64,000 nucleotides of DNA from contig CAZSQQ010000002.1 in NCBI GenBank assembly GCA_964609135.1, forward strand, positions 13,349 through 77,348. Direction: 5' to 3'. Shown in pieces: positions 18,885 to 28,124 of the stretch; the first letter of the stretch is position 1, and each line of letters opens with the position of its first letter. A model generated the notes under the pieces. It saw nothing but the letters and a program-made list of their open reading frames with translations, was not told the origin of the DNA and did not search any database. Both the position numbers and the translations under genes were made by a program. The DNA is from an uncultured Candidatus Saccharibacteria bacterium. GTDB lineage: Bacteria; Patescibacteriota; Minisyncoccia; UBA6257; Colwellbacteraceae.

Positions 18885-19643
18885 ATGGAAAGAAAATATT
18901 TCGATGCGCTAGTTCTAATTTCATTATTTTCAGTGACTAGTGTTTTGATTCTGCTGTTAAATATAAACGCTTTAATCTCCCAAATATTATATTTAGTTAC
19001 TCCGTCTCTATATTTGCTGATAAGATATCCGCTCCTAATAAGAAGGGTTTTACTCTTTGCTTTACCGTTAGGTATAGCTCTTTCAGTAATTCTTCAAGTT
19101 TTCGCTGAAAAAAACGGCATATGGTATGCGAAATTTCTTTTACCTAGGCTTTACAACGTTCCTTTAGATGTTTTCTTCTGGTATCCCTTTTGGCTTTTAT
19201 TAGTAGTTATACTTTATGAAGTTTTCATAGATTTTAAGCGAACCAACAAGAAACTAAGTAAGAACTATAAGTGGCTTATAATTGCGATTTTCTTTTTGGC
19301 TGTCGTATTTACCCTATGGCTGAAATTAGGTCAAGTCTCAATAGGTATCCCCTATGCAACAATTTTAAGCCTACCAGTTATATTGCCGATCATATACATC
19401 TTGCTGGAAGATCATAAGCTTTTGCCAAAACTGATAACGTTTTCCTTTATACTATTACCGTTTAATATCATCTATGAACTAATAGGCATTAAGTTGCAGC
19501 ATTGGCATTTCGCAGGAGACTATATCGCTTCGGTCAACATTTTAGGATTAGGGATACCACTAGAGGAAATTGTCTTATGGATAATGTTGGGTCCCGCCTC
19601 CGTAGCTGCTTATTATGAAATGTTTGTAGATGATCTAAAATGA
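18885..19643 (+). CDS. polytopic membrane protein, possibly lycopene-cyclase-domain-like
   Basis: Two W...P(L)(D/E) half-repeats (GIW...VPLD; HWHF...IPLEE); visibly AT-rich. Confidence 0.65.
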   Translation: MERKYFDALVLISLFSVTSVLILLLNINALISQILYLVTPSLYLLIRYPLLIRRVLLFALPLGIALSVILQVFAEKNGIWYAKFLLPRLYNVPLDVFFWYPFWLLLVVILYEVFIDFKRTNKKLSKNYKWLIIAIFFLAVVFTLWLKLGQVSIGIPYATILSLPVILPIIYILLEDHKLLPKLITFSFILLPFNIIYELIGIKLQHWHFAGDYIASVNILGLGIPLEEIVLWIMLGPASVAAYYEMFVDDLK

Positions 19644-19674
19644 AAGGCTGGCGCTTCTTTGATACAATCTACGC

Positions 19675-20346
19675 GTGAGCAAAAAGGTTCTGCTTGTAAG
19701 TCTTGCAGTAATTGCAATTATCGGCGCCGCCTTATTAGTTCCAACGGGCAAGCGGTCTTTTAACGCTAATATTTTCGGTGAAAGAAAAATATTAGGGAAA
19801 GCTAAAGACGAAACTCAAACTAAGGACGTTTTAAGCAAAGCCAAAACCTTTTTTGAAGACACTTCCGAAAAAGTCCGCGAGACGGCAACTAAATCAGTAG
19901 AGGCGGCCAAAACTTTCGCCGCCGAGAAAGCTGTTTCAACCGCGCAGGCGCTTGCCGGGAATGCTGAAAGGAAAGCAAGAGAATTGGCTTTGAATGTTCT
20001 TCGTGGAGTAGAAGAAAACATAGGGGAGGGAAATATTCTTCCAACAAACACAGTTCAAGTAATCCCGCCGGAAGGAATAACGTCCCCGCCAATCAGCTAT
20101 TTAGCGAAACTTGGCAGCACTATTTCATTTAGCATCAGAAAATCGTCTTTGCCGGAATTCGTTACCTTCAACTTATCGCTTGACTGGGGAGACGGAACCA
20201 TGGAAGAGAAGCTGGGCTTGAGTAACGAAGAAAATCAGACCTTCTCACATACCTGGAGCGTCCTCGGAACCTACCAGTTTCAGTTCAAAGTCTCTTCCGG
20301 AAACGCCACCAAAACTTATACCGGAAGCGTAACCGTCATTGAATAG
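19675..20346 (+). CDS. exported protein with C-terminal PKD-like domain
   Basis: N-terminal TM; DWGDG...HTW...GTY motif. Confidence 0.7.
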   Translation: MSKKVLLVSLAVIAIIGAALLVPTGKRSFNANIFGERKILGKAKDETQTKDVLSKAKTFFEDTSEKVRETATKSVEAAKTFAAEKAVSTAQALAGNAERKARELALNVLRGVEENIGEGNILPTNTVQVIPPEGITSPPISYLAKLGSTISFSIRKSSLPEFVTFNLSLDWGDGTMEEKLGLSNEENQTFSHTWSVLGTYQFQFKVSSGNATKTYTGSVTVIE

Positions 20347-20410
20347 TTCAATAAATTCACTATGAATAGACCCTTTGCAACCGACGCCCGTCCATAATAT
20401 AATCCGGATT

Positions 20411-20578
20411 ATGGTAAATCCCCTGGTCAGAGATTTTATATCAAAAGAAGTAAGAAGCTTTCGTTTTAGAGTCGGCCAACACTTAGCCTCAGGGCTTTCC
20501 GGATTTATCGCCGGTGTTGTCTTCGCCAGCATCGTTTGGATCACAGTTGTCTATATTTATAAAACCCTAAGTCAATAG
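20411..20578 (+). CDS. small membrane protein
   Basis: ATG 7 nt after TATAAT; one TM (ASGLSGFIAGVVFAS). Confidence 0.6.
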   Translation: MVNPLVRDFISKEVRSFRFRVGQHLASGLSGFIAGVVFASIVWITVVYIYKTLSQ

Positions 20579-20626
20579 TGTTATAATTAGCGAAAGGTCG
20601 GGGGTAAACTAATTTTCAAATACAAA

Positions 20627-20830
20627 ATGGATGAGGGAATGATGATGAAGAATAAGTGCGGCTGCTCGCATCACAAGGTTATCCCGTTGCTTATCGTTTT
20701 ATTCGCCGCGGCCTTCCTCTTGAGGAACCTCGGAGTCTTAAGCGATGAGACCGTGAGCCTCACCTGGCCGGTCTTAGTTGGCCTTGGGGGTTTAATGAAA
20801 CTTAGTGAAGGCGCTTGCAAGTGTTGCTAA
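20627..20830 (+). CDS. small Cys-rich two-TM protein (DUF5668-like)
   Basis: CGCSHH...L.NLG...WP....G..K...CKCC. Confidence 0.7.
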   Translation: MDEGMMMKNKCGCSHHKVIPLLIVLFAAAFLLRNLGVLSDETVSLTWPVLVGLGGLMKLSEGACKCC

Positions 20831-20846
20831 AAAATTCGTAATTAGA

Positions 20847-20879
20847 AAAGAAAGGCTGCCCTAAATGCAGCTTTTCTTT
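20847..20879 (+). terminator. intrinsic terminator
   Basis: AAAGAAAGGCTGC-loop-GCAGCTTTTCTTT. Confidence 0.65.
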
Positions 20880-20892
20880 ATCCCCAAAGAAA

Positions 20893-21486
20893 ATGGATCA
20901 ATTACCAATAAATTATTTAGAACAATTTTCTTACCTCGGAATTTTCACACTCCTGGTTTTAGGTGGAGTGCTTAGTCCAATCTCTGAAGAAATAGTTTTA
21001 ATCTCGGTGGGTTATTTAATCGGCATTCAGGCCCTAAACAAATTTATCGCCCTACCGGTAAGCTTGGCCGGAGTTTTTATAGGAGACAACATCCTTTTCT
21101 TCCTTTCAAAAAAGGGGGGCAAGTTTACCGATGCCTTAATAAAGAGAGTTACACGAGATAAGCTCCTCAAATACGAGGATTTTATGAAAAAGCATAAAGC
21201 CAAGGCCATTTTCTTTTTAAGATTTATAATCGGTTTAAGGTTTCTGGGGCCGATGCTCGCGGGCTTAACAAAGGTAAAGGATAAAACTTTCAGAATGTAT
21301 GATTCTTTGGCAATTCTTTTATATGTTCCGGCAATGATCTTGATTGGTTACTATTTCAACGATCAACTTGATGCCTTGGCCGTAAAAATTGTAGCCATAA
21401 GACATTTCATCTTCATAACCTTTATGGTCATAGCTACGGTTGCAACCGTCATTATAATCAACAGAAAATTTATAAAAGCAGAATGA
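20893..21486 (+). CDS. DedA family membrane protein
   Basis: P.SEE, GDN..F, RF..G.R...P..AG, F...D. Confidence 0.9.
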   Translation: MDQLPINYLEQFSYLGIFTLLVLGGVLSPISEEIVLISVGYLIGIQALNKFIALPVSLAGVFIGDNILFFLSKKGGKFTDALIKRVTRDKLLKYEDFMKKHKAKAIFFLRFIIGLRFLGPMLAGLTKVKDKTFRMYDSLAILLYVPAMILIGYYFNDQLDALAVKIVAIRHFIFITFMVIATVATVIIINRKFIKAE

Positions 21487-21932
21487 CGCTGAAAATAGTT
21501 TTAATACTGACGATTGTTACGATCGCCGCTTACGGCGCGTTTTGGTTCATTGATAGCCTCCCCGAGCCAGCCGAAACCGACATTATCTCGAAATCCGGAA
21601 TCCACTGGCATCCCGAACTTTCAATCTATATTAAAGGAGTAAAGCAGGAGATATCGGCAAATATCGGCATCGGGGTGGCTCACCAACCAATTCACACTCA
21701 CGATGCAACCGGGACCCTACATCTTGAGTTTAGCGGACTAGTTGCCAAAGATGACGTTAAGCTTAAAAATTTCTTCAAGAACTGGGGCAAAGAATTTAAC
21801 TCAACCTGCGTCTTTGATAAATGCAACGGCGAAGACGGCACAGTTAAGATGTACGTTAATGGTAGAGAAAACAAGGATTTTGAGAACTACCTGATGAAAG
21901 ATAAAGACAGAATTGAAATCCGCTACGAGTAG
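21483..21932 (+). CDS. exported hypothetical protein with HWH/HTHD motifs
   Basis: HWHPEL, IHTHDATG.LH.E, MYVNG, Y..KD.DRI.I.Y. Confidence 0.75.
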   Translation: MTLKIVLILTIVTIAAYGAFWFIDSLPEPAETDIISKSGIHWHPELSIYIKGVKQEISANIGIGVAHQPIHTHDATGTLHLEFSGLVAKDDVKLKNFFKNWGKEFNSTCVFDKCNGEDGTVKMYVNGRENKDFENYLMKDKDRIEIRYE

Positions 21933-21949
21933 TGAGCCTGCCCGCTATA

Positions 21950-21976
21950 AATAACCCCGCAAGTTGCGGGGTTATT
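21950..21976. terminator. bidirectional terminator hairpin
   Basis: AATAACCCCGCAA-G-TTGCGGGGTTATT between convergent genes. Confidence 0.75.
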
Positions 21977-21983
21977 CTTACGC

Positions 21984-24383
21984 TTAGAAACACCGACTAA
22001 AGCCGCAACTCACGCAACTGATGCAACCCTCGGCCATTTTCAAGGCCGCACCGCAATCAGGACACTCCGGCATAAACCCAAAATCGGCCATGGCTCTCGT
22101 CGGCGCATCGGCTGCCGATTCAGCCGCTTCCGATGTCACTGTCGCAATCGCCAACTCTTCAACATGATGATTGTTGATTCTCACGTGCTCTTCAAGCATC
22201 TGACCGATGGCATCCGGTAACGATAGAACCGTACCGCGCTCGGTCATGACAAGCGCCGGTCCCCTAATTCCTTTTAGCTGATCAATGACATTCTCAACCT
22301 TAATGCCGGACCGGAGAGCCAAGGATATCAATCGGCAAATGGCCTCGGACTGCTCCTGAAAAAATCCCCCGCTCTTGCCGATGGTCGCAAAAACTTCGAA
22401 AGGCACGCCGTGCTCGTCGTTGTTTACCGTCACATAAAGATTGCCGTAACCGGTTTTAACTTTGTAGGTCCTCCCTATCAAGGCCTCGGGACGGGTGCGC
22501 TTTTCAATCCTGCCTTTATCAATTGGCAGATTCATCGGCTGATCGGAGAGTTTTTTCACCGGCGCCTCGGTCATCGAAACAATCTCACTCGACCCCAAGT
22601 TCAAAGGCTGAATAACACGGCTACCGTCTCGATAAACGGTGCAACACTTGCACTTTAATTGCCAAGCCAAGATGAAACTATTTTTGACATCTTCTTTAGT
22701 AGCGCTATTGGGCAAGTTAATAGTTTTAGAAATAGAATTATCAACGTGTCTCTGGAAAGCAGCTTGCATTTTGATGTGATTAACCCCAGAAATATCCATC
22801 GCCGTCACGAAAACATTACGCAAATCTTGCGGCAGATCAGTTAATTGCTGAATGCTCCCCTTCGCTACCGCTTCCTCCTTAATGGCGTTAATCTTTTCCT
22901 CGCTGAAACCCCGGCGATGAAGTTCTTCATCGAAGTACTTGTTCAAATAGTGATACTGATGGCCGTCTTTATCTTGCTTGATATAAGCCAGAGCAAATTC
23001 TGGCTCAATTCCGCTCGAGGCATCAAACATCATTGAGATAGAACCGGTAGGGGCGACTGTCGTTGTCGCGGTGTTTCTCATTTTTACTTTAGCGTCTTTA
23101 AAAACGCTCTTGGAATAATTCGGGAAGACCCCTTTCTCCTCGGCAAGTTCCGCTGACATCTCATGAGAAGCTTCTTGGATTGCCCTCATTACTTTCTCGG
23201 CAGCCGCAAATCCTTCATCGGAATCATATTTAACGCCCAATTGGTAGAGCATATCAGCAAAACCCATTATCCCTAAACCAATCCGCCTGTTCTTTAGGGC
23301 GAGTTCAGTAACCTGCGGTACCGGAAAATCGAATTCATCAATTACATTGTCCAAAAACCTGGTGGCGACCTTGGAAACAAGCCTTAGCCTTTTATAATCA
23401 ACTCGGCCGTCTCTTACAAACTTAGCCAGATTTATTGATCCCAAATTACAGTTGTCATATGGGTGCAGGAACTGCTCCCCGCAGGGATTGGAACAGACAA
23501 TATTCCCCATCCCCGGCAAAGGATTCGTTTCATTCACTCTGTCAATGAAAACGATTCCCGGCTCTCCATTTAACCAAGCATAACTTACTATTTCATCAAA
23601 AATCTGCCTCACGGTCATATCTAATTCCTCAACTCCGTAAACGGCACCATTGGAGTGCCTTAAAACTCTATGAGGCTTCGTCCTCTCGCCTTTCCAAGTG
23701 CAATACCACTGATTATCAGGCTCTTCGATAAGTTTCCGCATAAATTCATCAGTAACTTTTACAGAAATATTGAAACAGTTTATTTCCCCTTCAACTTCTT
23801 TAGCACGAATGAAGTCCAGTACATCCGGGTGATCAATACTCATCATAGCCATATTGGCGCCGTGACGACCTTGTTGTTTTATAGTTCGGAAGGCTTCGTT
23901 ATAAATTTTCAAAAATGAAACTGGACCAGAGGAGATCCCCCGAGAGCGTTTCGTCACAGACATTGCCGGACGAAGCGAGTCAAAAGCAAAACCTAAACCA
24001 GAACCTGCTTGTTGTAATAGCGCTGCTTCCTTCAGAGTTTGAAAAATCCCCTCCATTGAATCGCGGATTGGCAGAACAATGCAATTGGCAATAAGCGGGG
24101 TCTCTCCGCCGGCGTTCGTGAGCGTCCTGCCAGCCGGGGTAAATTCTTGATTGGCTAAAACCTCGAAAAAATCTTTCTCTACTTTCTTAATAAATCGGGA
24201 ATCTCTCCCATATTTTTTCTCAACTTTGGCGATTGCCCCGGCAACCCGGCGGAACATTTGAGCCGGGGTTTCTTTGTTACCCTTGTCATCGGCAATTAGG
24301 TAACGTTTCTTCATCATCTTCAAAGCATTCTCTGAAAACGACTGATTTATTTTCTTATCGTCTAAGGTTGCTTTCTTGGACAT
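21984..24383 (-). CDS. nrdJ: class II (adenosylcobalamin-dependent) ribonucleotide reductase with TSCPD-type and Zn-ribbon C-terminus
   Basis: NPCGEQ, CNLGSINL, RRIGLG.MG, APTGSIS, SISKTIN, YRDGSR, SLPD, CPDCG...EGC..C..CGFSRC. Confidence 0.93.
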   Translation of the reverse strand: MSKKATLDDKKINQSFSENALKMMKKRYLIADDKGNKETPAQMFRRVAGAIAKVEKKYGRDSRFIKKVEKDFFEVLANQEFTPAGRTLTNAGGETPLIANCIVLPIRDSMEGIFQTLKEAALLQQAGSGLGFAFDSLRPAMSVTKRSRGISSGPVSFLKIYNEAFRTIKQQGRHGANMAMMSIDHPDVLDFIRAKEVEGEINCFNISVKVTDEFMRKLIEEPDNQWYCTWKGERTKPHRVLRHSNGAVYGVEELDMTVRQIFDEIVSYAWLNGEPGIVFIDRVNETNPLPGMGNIVCSNPCGEQFLHPYDNCNLGSINLAKFVRDGRVDYKRLRLVSKVATRFLDNVIDEFDFPVPQVTELALKNRRIGLGIMGFADMLYQLGVKYDSDEGFAAAEKVMRAIQEASHEMSAELAEEKGVFPNYSKSVFKDAKVKMRNTATTTVAPTGSISMMFDASSGIEPEFALAYIKQDKDGHQYHYLNKYFDEELHRRGFSEEKINAIKEEAVAKGSIQQLTDLPQDLRNVFVTAMDISGVNHIKMQAAFQRHVDNSISKTINLPNSATKEDVKNSFILAWQLKCKCCTVYRDGSRVIQPLNLGSSEIVSMTEAPVKKLSDQPMNLPIDKGRIEKRTRPEALIGRTYKVKTGYGNLYVTVNNDEHGVPFEVFATIGKSGGFFQEQSEAICRLISLALRSGIKVENVIDQLKGIRGPALVMTERGTVLSLPDAIGQMLEEHVRINNHHVEELAIATVTSEAAESAADAPTRAMADFGFMPECPDCGAALKMAEGCISCVSCGFSRCF

Positions 24384-24464
24384 TGCTTATTTTCATTTTT
24401 ACCCGTTTTGACTAAAAAGTTTTGACCCTTCACACATTCTACTAACGGGCCCGAAGTCCGCAAG

Positions 24465-24473
24465 TGTGGATAA
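24465..24473 (-). promoter_or_regulatory. DnaA box upstream of nrdJ
   Basis: TGTGGATAA is the perfect consensus TTATCCACA on -, about 80 bp upstream of the nrdJ start. Confidence 0.5.
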
Positions 24474-24511
24474 ATCATCATAAAAGAGCGGCTTTAGCAA
24501 GACTAACACTC

Positions 24512-25765
24512 TTAACGCTTTTTTCTCCTCAAAAAGGCCGGTATCTCCCAAGTTTCCTCATCCCTACTCGAGTCCGGAACCTCTCCGCCAAGTATTTTCC
24601 TAGATTTTTCTTGCTTTTCCCGCAATTCTTTATTCAGGCTTTCTTCATTTCTCGCCTTGCTTCCGCGAGCCTCGCCAAAATCAAGAACTGAATTCTGGGA
24701 ATTAAGCAAACTCGATAAATCAATCTCGCTTTTAAGCGTGAGACCGCTAAAACCGGTCGCGATAAGCACGATTTTCATATGTCCCTTCTTCAATTTCTTG
24801 TCGTTGTAGGCGCCGAAGATAATCTTAGCTCCCGGGTCGGCTTTTTCGGCAATAATTTTCGCCGCTTCATTAACCTCAACCATCTTCAGATCCCTCCCGC
24901 CGGAAACTCCGAAAAGCACGCCCTTGGCGTTATCGATTGGAGTTTCAAGCAAAGGCGAATTCGTTGCTTGGGCTACGGCTTTCACGGCGCGCTCGGGACC
25001 GGAAGCGGTGCCGACGCCGATTACCGACATGCCGGCGCGGGACATTATTGCCTTAACGTCGGCGAAATCAACATTAATGAGACCGGTGGCCGCAATGATT
25101 TCAGCGACGCCTTGGACAGCGCTTTTTAAAATATCATCGATCTTTTCAAAGGCTTTTATGACGGGCGTGTCGTTGTCAATTATGTTAAAAACTCTATCGT
25201 TGGGAATAATCAGAAATGTATCAACTTTATCCTTCAGTTTAATAATTCCCTCTTCGGCGATTTCGCGCCTGGCCGAACCCTCGAAAGTGAAGGGCTTGGT
25301 CACGACGGCCACGGTTAAGGCGCCGTTCTCCCTCGCAATCTCCGCAATCGCTGGAGCGGCTCCCGTTCCCGTCCCGCCGCCGAAACCGGCGGCAATAAAA
25401 ACCATGTCGGCGTCTTTCAATATTTCCGAAATTTCCGCCCTGTTTTCTTCCGCGGCCTGAAGTCCCAGTTCAGGGTCCATTCCGGCTCCCATACCCTTGG
25501 TCACAAATTTACCGATATGAACTTTTTGGTCGGCCTCACAATAATCCAGATCCTGGAGATCGGTATTAATGGCAATGAACTCTATGCCTCGGACGCCAAA
25601 ATCACGACCCATTCTCGAGACGGCATTGCCTCCGCCGCCGCCAACGCCAACCACTTTAATTCGGATTAAGGGACGCCTGGGAGCTTTTTCCCCCCGTCTG
25701 ATGCTCGGCGCCTTTTTGGCCCCTTTTTTTCTTCTAATTCCGCTCTTCTTCATTTTTCTTCTCAT
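24512..25765 (-). CDS. ftsZ: cell division protein FtsZ
   Basis: GVGGGGGNAV, GGGTGTG, NVDFADV, EIPAFLRR. Confidence 0.98.
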   Translation of the reverse strand: MRRKMKKSGIRRKKGAKKAPSIRRGEKAPRRPLIRIKVVGVGGGGGNAVSRMGRDFGVRGIEFIAINTDLQDLDYCEADQKVHIGKFVTKGMGAGMDPELGLQAAEENRAEISEILKDADMVFIAAGFGGGTGTGAAPAIAEIARENGALTVAVVTKPFTFEGSARREIAEEGIIKLKDKVDTFLIIPNDRVFNIIDNDTPVIKAFEKIDDILKSAVQGVAEIIAATGLINVDFADVKAIMSRAGMSVIGVGTASGPERAVKAVAQATNSPLLETPIDNAKGVLFGVSGGRDLKMVEVNEAAKIIAEKADPGAKIIFGAYNDKKLKKGHMKIVLIATGFSGLTLKSEIDLSSLLNSQNSVLDFGEARGSKARNEESLNKELREKQEKSRKILGGEVPDSSRDEETWEIPAFLRRKKR

Positions 25766-25771
25766 CGGTTA

Positions 25772-26995
25772 TTAAGGTAAAAGATTTTTTAAAAAGCCGA
25801 TTAACCGATTGTCCCCTATCAAAACTCGCCTGGGACTTAAAACCTCGCTCCAGAGAATAAGCCCCAGATTGGTGACGTATTCCGGAGATTCCAAAAACTC
25901 GATTGTCTCCGGGATCACCGCTTCAAATTGAGCGGGGCTGGGAAGCCCTACCTGCGTTGAAAGTTTAAGCTCCGATTTAACCAAGTCAACTATTCCGGGC
26001 ATTTTGGCTCCGCCGCCAACCAGGACCGCTCCGGCCGGAAGTTTTGATGCCTTGCCTAAAAGCCGAAGTTCGTTGTTCACCAACTCGCAAATTTCCGAGA
26101 GACGCGATTCAATAACCTCCGCGACAAATCGGCGAGAAGGAGCACCTTGGGTGTTGACGTCGATTTTCTTTAAATTGATCGATTCTTTATTGGAAACTTC
26201 TTTGGAGACCGCGTAACCGTAGGAGACTTTTACTTTCTCCGCGACTTCGACCGGGATTTTAAGGGCGACTGCCAAATCCATCGTCACGTGCCCGGCGCCG
26301 ACGGGCAAAACTTTTGTTTGCAAAAGTTTATTCTCTTCGTAAACCGCCATGCCCGTTGTCCCGTAACCGATATCAATCAAGACCGTTCCCAGTTCTTTCT
26401 GATTTCTCGTGAGAACTGCGAGCGCCGAGGCCAGCGGACTGAAAATTATTCCGGAGACGCTCCCGCCGGCAAGCTCAACGCACTTGACCAGATTTTTTAC
26501 AGCCGGCTGGAAACCGTCGATCACAAAACTGTTCACTTCCAAACGGGTCCCAACCATTCCCAAGGGTTCCTGGATGTCCCCCACCCCGTCAACGATGTAT
26601 TCTCTGGTTATGGTGTGAAGTATCGTGCGGTTGGGCGGCAAATTAACCGCCTCGGAGGCCTGGACAACGCGGTCAACATCATCCTTGTAGATCTCGGCTG
26701 AAGCCCGCGACACCGCAACCACGCCCCTTGAAATCTGGGTGCGGATGTCGGCTCCGCCAACATTAAGATAGATATTCTTAACAGCCGACTTGGAAGCCTG
26801 TTTTATGTCCTGCAGAACGGCGTTTACTGCCGAGGCGGCCTCCTCCATATCGACAACAACGCCTCTCCGAAGGCCGCGTGACGGCGCAACGACCGCCGTG
26901 AGAAGATTGATTTTGTGGGCTTTACTTCCCTCGGCTACCGATGCTTTGATGGTATTGGAACCAACGTCCAGTCCTAAGATTTGCTCCCGAGCCAT
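25772..26995 (-). CDS. ftsA: cell division protein FtsA
   Basis: GLDVGS, P.GM.G.RLE, DIG.GTT, GGGAK.PG. Confidence 0.97.
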   Translation of the reverse strand: MAREQILGLDVGSNTIKASVAEGSKAHKINLLTAVVAPSRGLRRGVVVDMEEAASAVNAVLQDIKQASKSAVKNIYLNVGGADIRTQISRGVVAVSRASAEIYKDDVDRVVQASEAVNLPPNRTILHTITREYIVDGVGDIQEPLGMVGTRLEVNSFVIDGFQPAVKNLVKCVELAGGSVSGIIFSPLASALAVLTRNQKELGTVLIDIGYGTTGMAVYEENKLLQTKVLPVGAGHVTMDLAVALKIPVEVAEKVKVSYGYAVSKEVSNKESINLKKIDVNTQGAPSRRFVAEVIESRLSEICELVNNELRLLGKASKLPAGAVLVGGGAKMPGIVDLVKSELKLSTQVGLPSPAQFEAVIPETIEFLESPEYVTNLGLILWSEVLSPRRVLIGDNRLIGFLKNLLP

Positions 26996-27351
26996 GATAA
27001 AAATTCCATTTCTCGCTTTTGCATTCTCATTCTATCACCTTTCGTCTCGTGATTATATCCCAGAAGATGGAGTATCCCGTGGAAAACCATGAATTTTATG
27101 TCTTCCCCTTTACGCTTGATGTAGCTCGGGCAGAGGTAAACCTCGCCCAGATGCTTCCAGCCTTTCCGCGAAGGAAATCCGTTCGGCTCCTCGAAAGATA
27201 AAACGTTAGTTGGAGTTCTTTTTCCCAAAAAACGCCTGCTCAAAAATTTCATCGATTTTTCACTAACTAAAAAAACATCAACCGATGTTTTCTTTAACTT
27301 TAAAAACCTGAGGGCTCTTTTCGTCAGCACCCGCAAATCACGCTCGCTCAT
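26974..27351 (-). CDS. ybeY: rRNA maturation endoribonuclease YbeY
   Basis: TNVLSF, LGEVYLC, HGILHLLGYNH. Confidence 0.93.
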   Translation of the reverse strand: MSERDLRVLTKRALRFLKLKKTSVDVFLVSEKSMKFLSRRFLGKRTPTNVLSFEEPNGFPSRKGWKHLGEVYLCPSYIKRKGEDIKFMVFHGILHLLGYNHETKGDRMRMQKREMEFLSWLGSKS

Positions 27352-27800
27352 TAGGCACCTAACTTAGCTTTGACTATTTTACTTACAACTCCCGCTTCAG
27401 CCTTACCTTTAACTTCAGCCATCACCGCTTTCATAACCAGACCGAAATCTTTTATCCCGCCGGCAACAACTTTATCAACAACCGTTTCTATGTCGCCTGG
27501 GCTCATAAGTTGCGGCAAGTAGGTTTGTATGAATTGCAGCTCCTCATTTTCCCTGCGGGCCAGTTCCGATCTGCCGGCTTTCTTATATATATCGGCGGCC
27601 TCCCGCCTTTTCTTCGCCTCTTTCCGGAGAACTTCAATCACTTCTTCGTCGGAGAGCTCTAGGGAACCGTTCTTGCTTCGCTTCTCAATTTCGCGGTTGT
27701 GAATGGCGGAGAGGAGCATACGCAAAGTCGCCGTTTGGCTCTCGCGGCGGCCTTTCAGGTTCTCTTTTAAATCTTCCCCTAATTTCTGAAGCAACGACAT
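27351..27800 (-). CDS. yqeY: GatB/YqeY domain protein
   Basis: LRML.SAI.N.EI, K.R.EA...Y..AGR.ELA..E, YLP, G.VM. Confidence 0.92.
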   Translation of the reverse strand: MSLLQKLGEDLKENLKGRRESQTATLRMLLSAIHNREIEKRSKNGSLELSDEEVIEVLRKEAKKRREAADIYKKAGRSELARRENEELQFIQTYLPQLMSPGDIETVVDKVVAGGIKDFGLVMKAVMAEVKGKAEAGVVSKIVKAKLGA

Positions 27801-27813
27801 TATTAATCTAATT

Positions 27814-28032
27814 TTAGAGGAGACCCATTTTTCTCAACTTCTCCACTTCAATCGTTTTCCGGACACGCCGCATGGCCGAGGCTCTCACTTTGGCCCGGCT
27901 GGGATTTCGTTTCACAAAACGCCGTCTTTTGGCTTCCTTCAAAATACCGCTCTGCTGCATTTTCTTTGAGAAGCGGTAGATTAACGAGTTTGGCGATTCG
28001 CCCTCTTTTCTTCTTACAATTACTCCCGACAT
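27814..28032 (-). CDS. rpsU: 30S ribosomal protein S21
   Basis: V.RKEGES..S.I.RF.K..QQSG.L.EA..RRF; upstream of yqeY. Confidence 0.85.
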   Translation of the reverse strand: MSGVIVRRKEGESPNSLIYRFSKKMQQSGILKEAKRRRFVKRNPSRAKVRASAMRRVRKTIEVEKLRKMGLL

Positions 28033-28081
28033 TTTATTCCATCTTGTCGAATGATTTTATCAGTTCCCAGGGATTAGGTAA

Positions 28082-28112
28082 ACCCCCACACTAAACATTT
28101 TAGTGTGGGGGT
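28082..28112. repeat. palindromic repeat (ACCCC-CAC family)
   Basis: ACCCCCACACTAAA-CAT-TTTAGTGTGGGGGT; ends resemble the TIRs at 52280-52385. Confidence 0.75.
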
Positions 28113-28124
28113 AAATCTGGGTTC

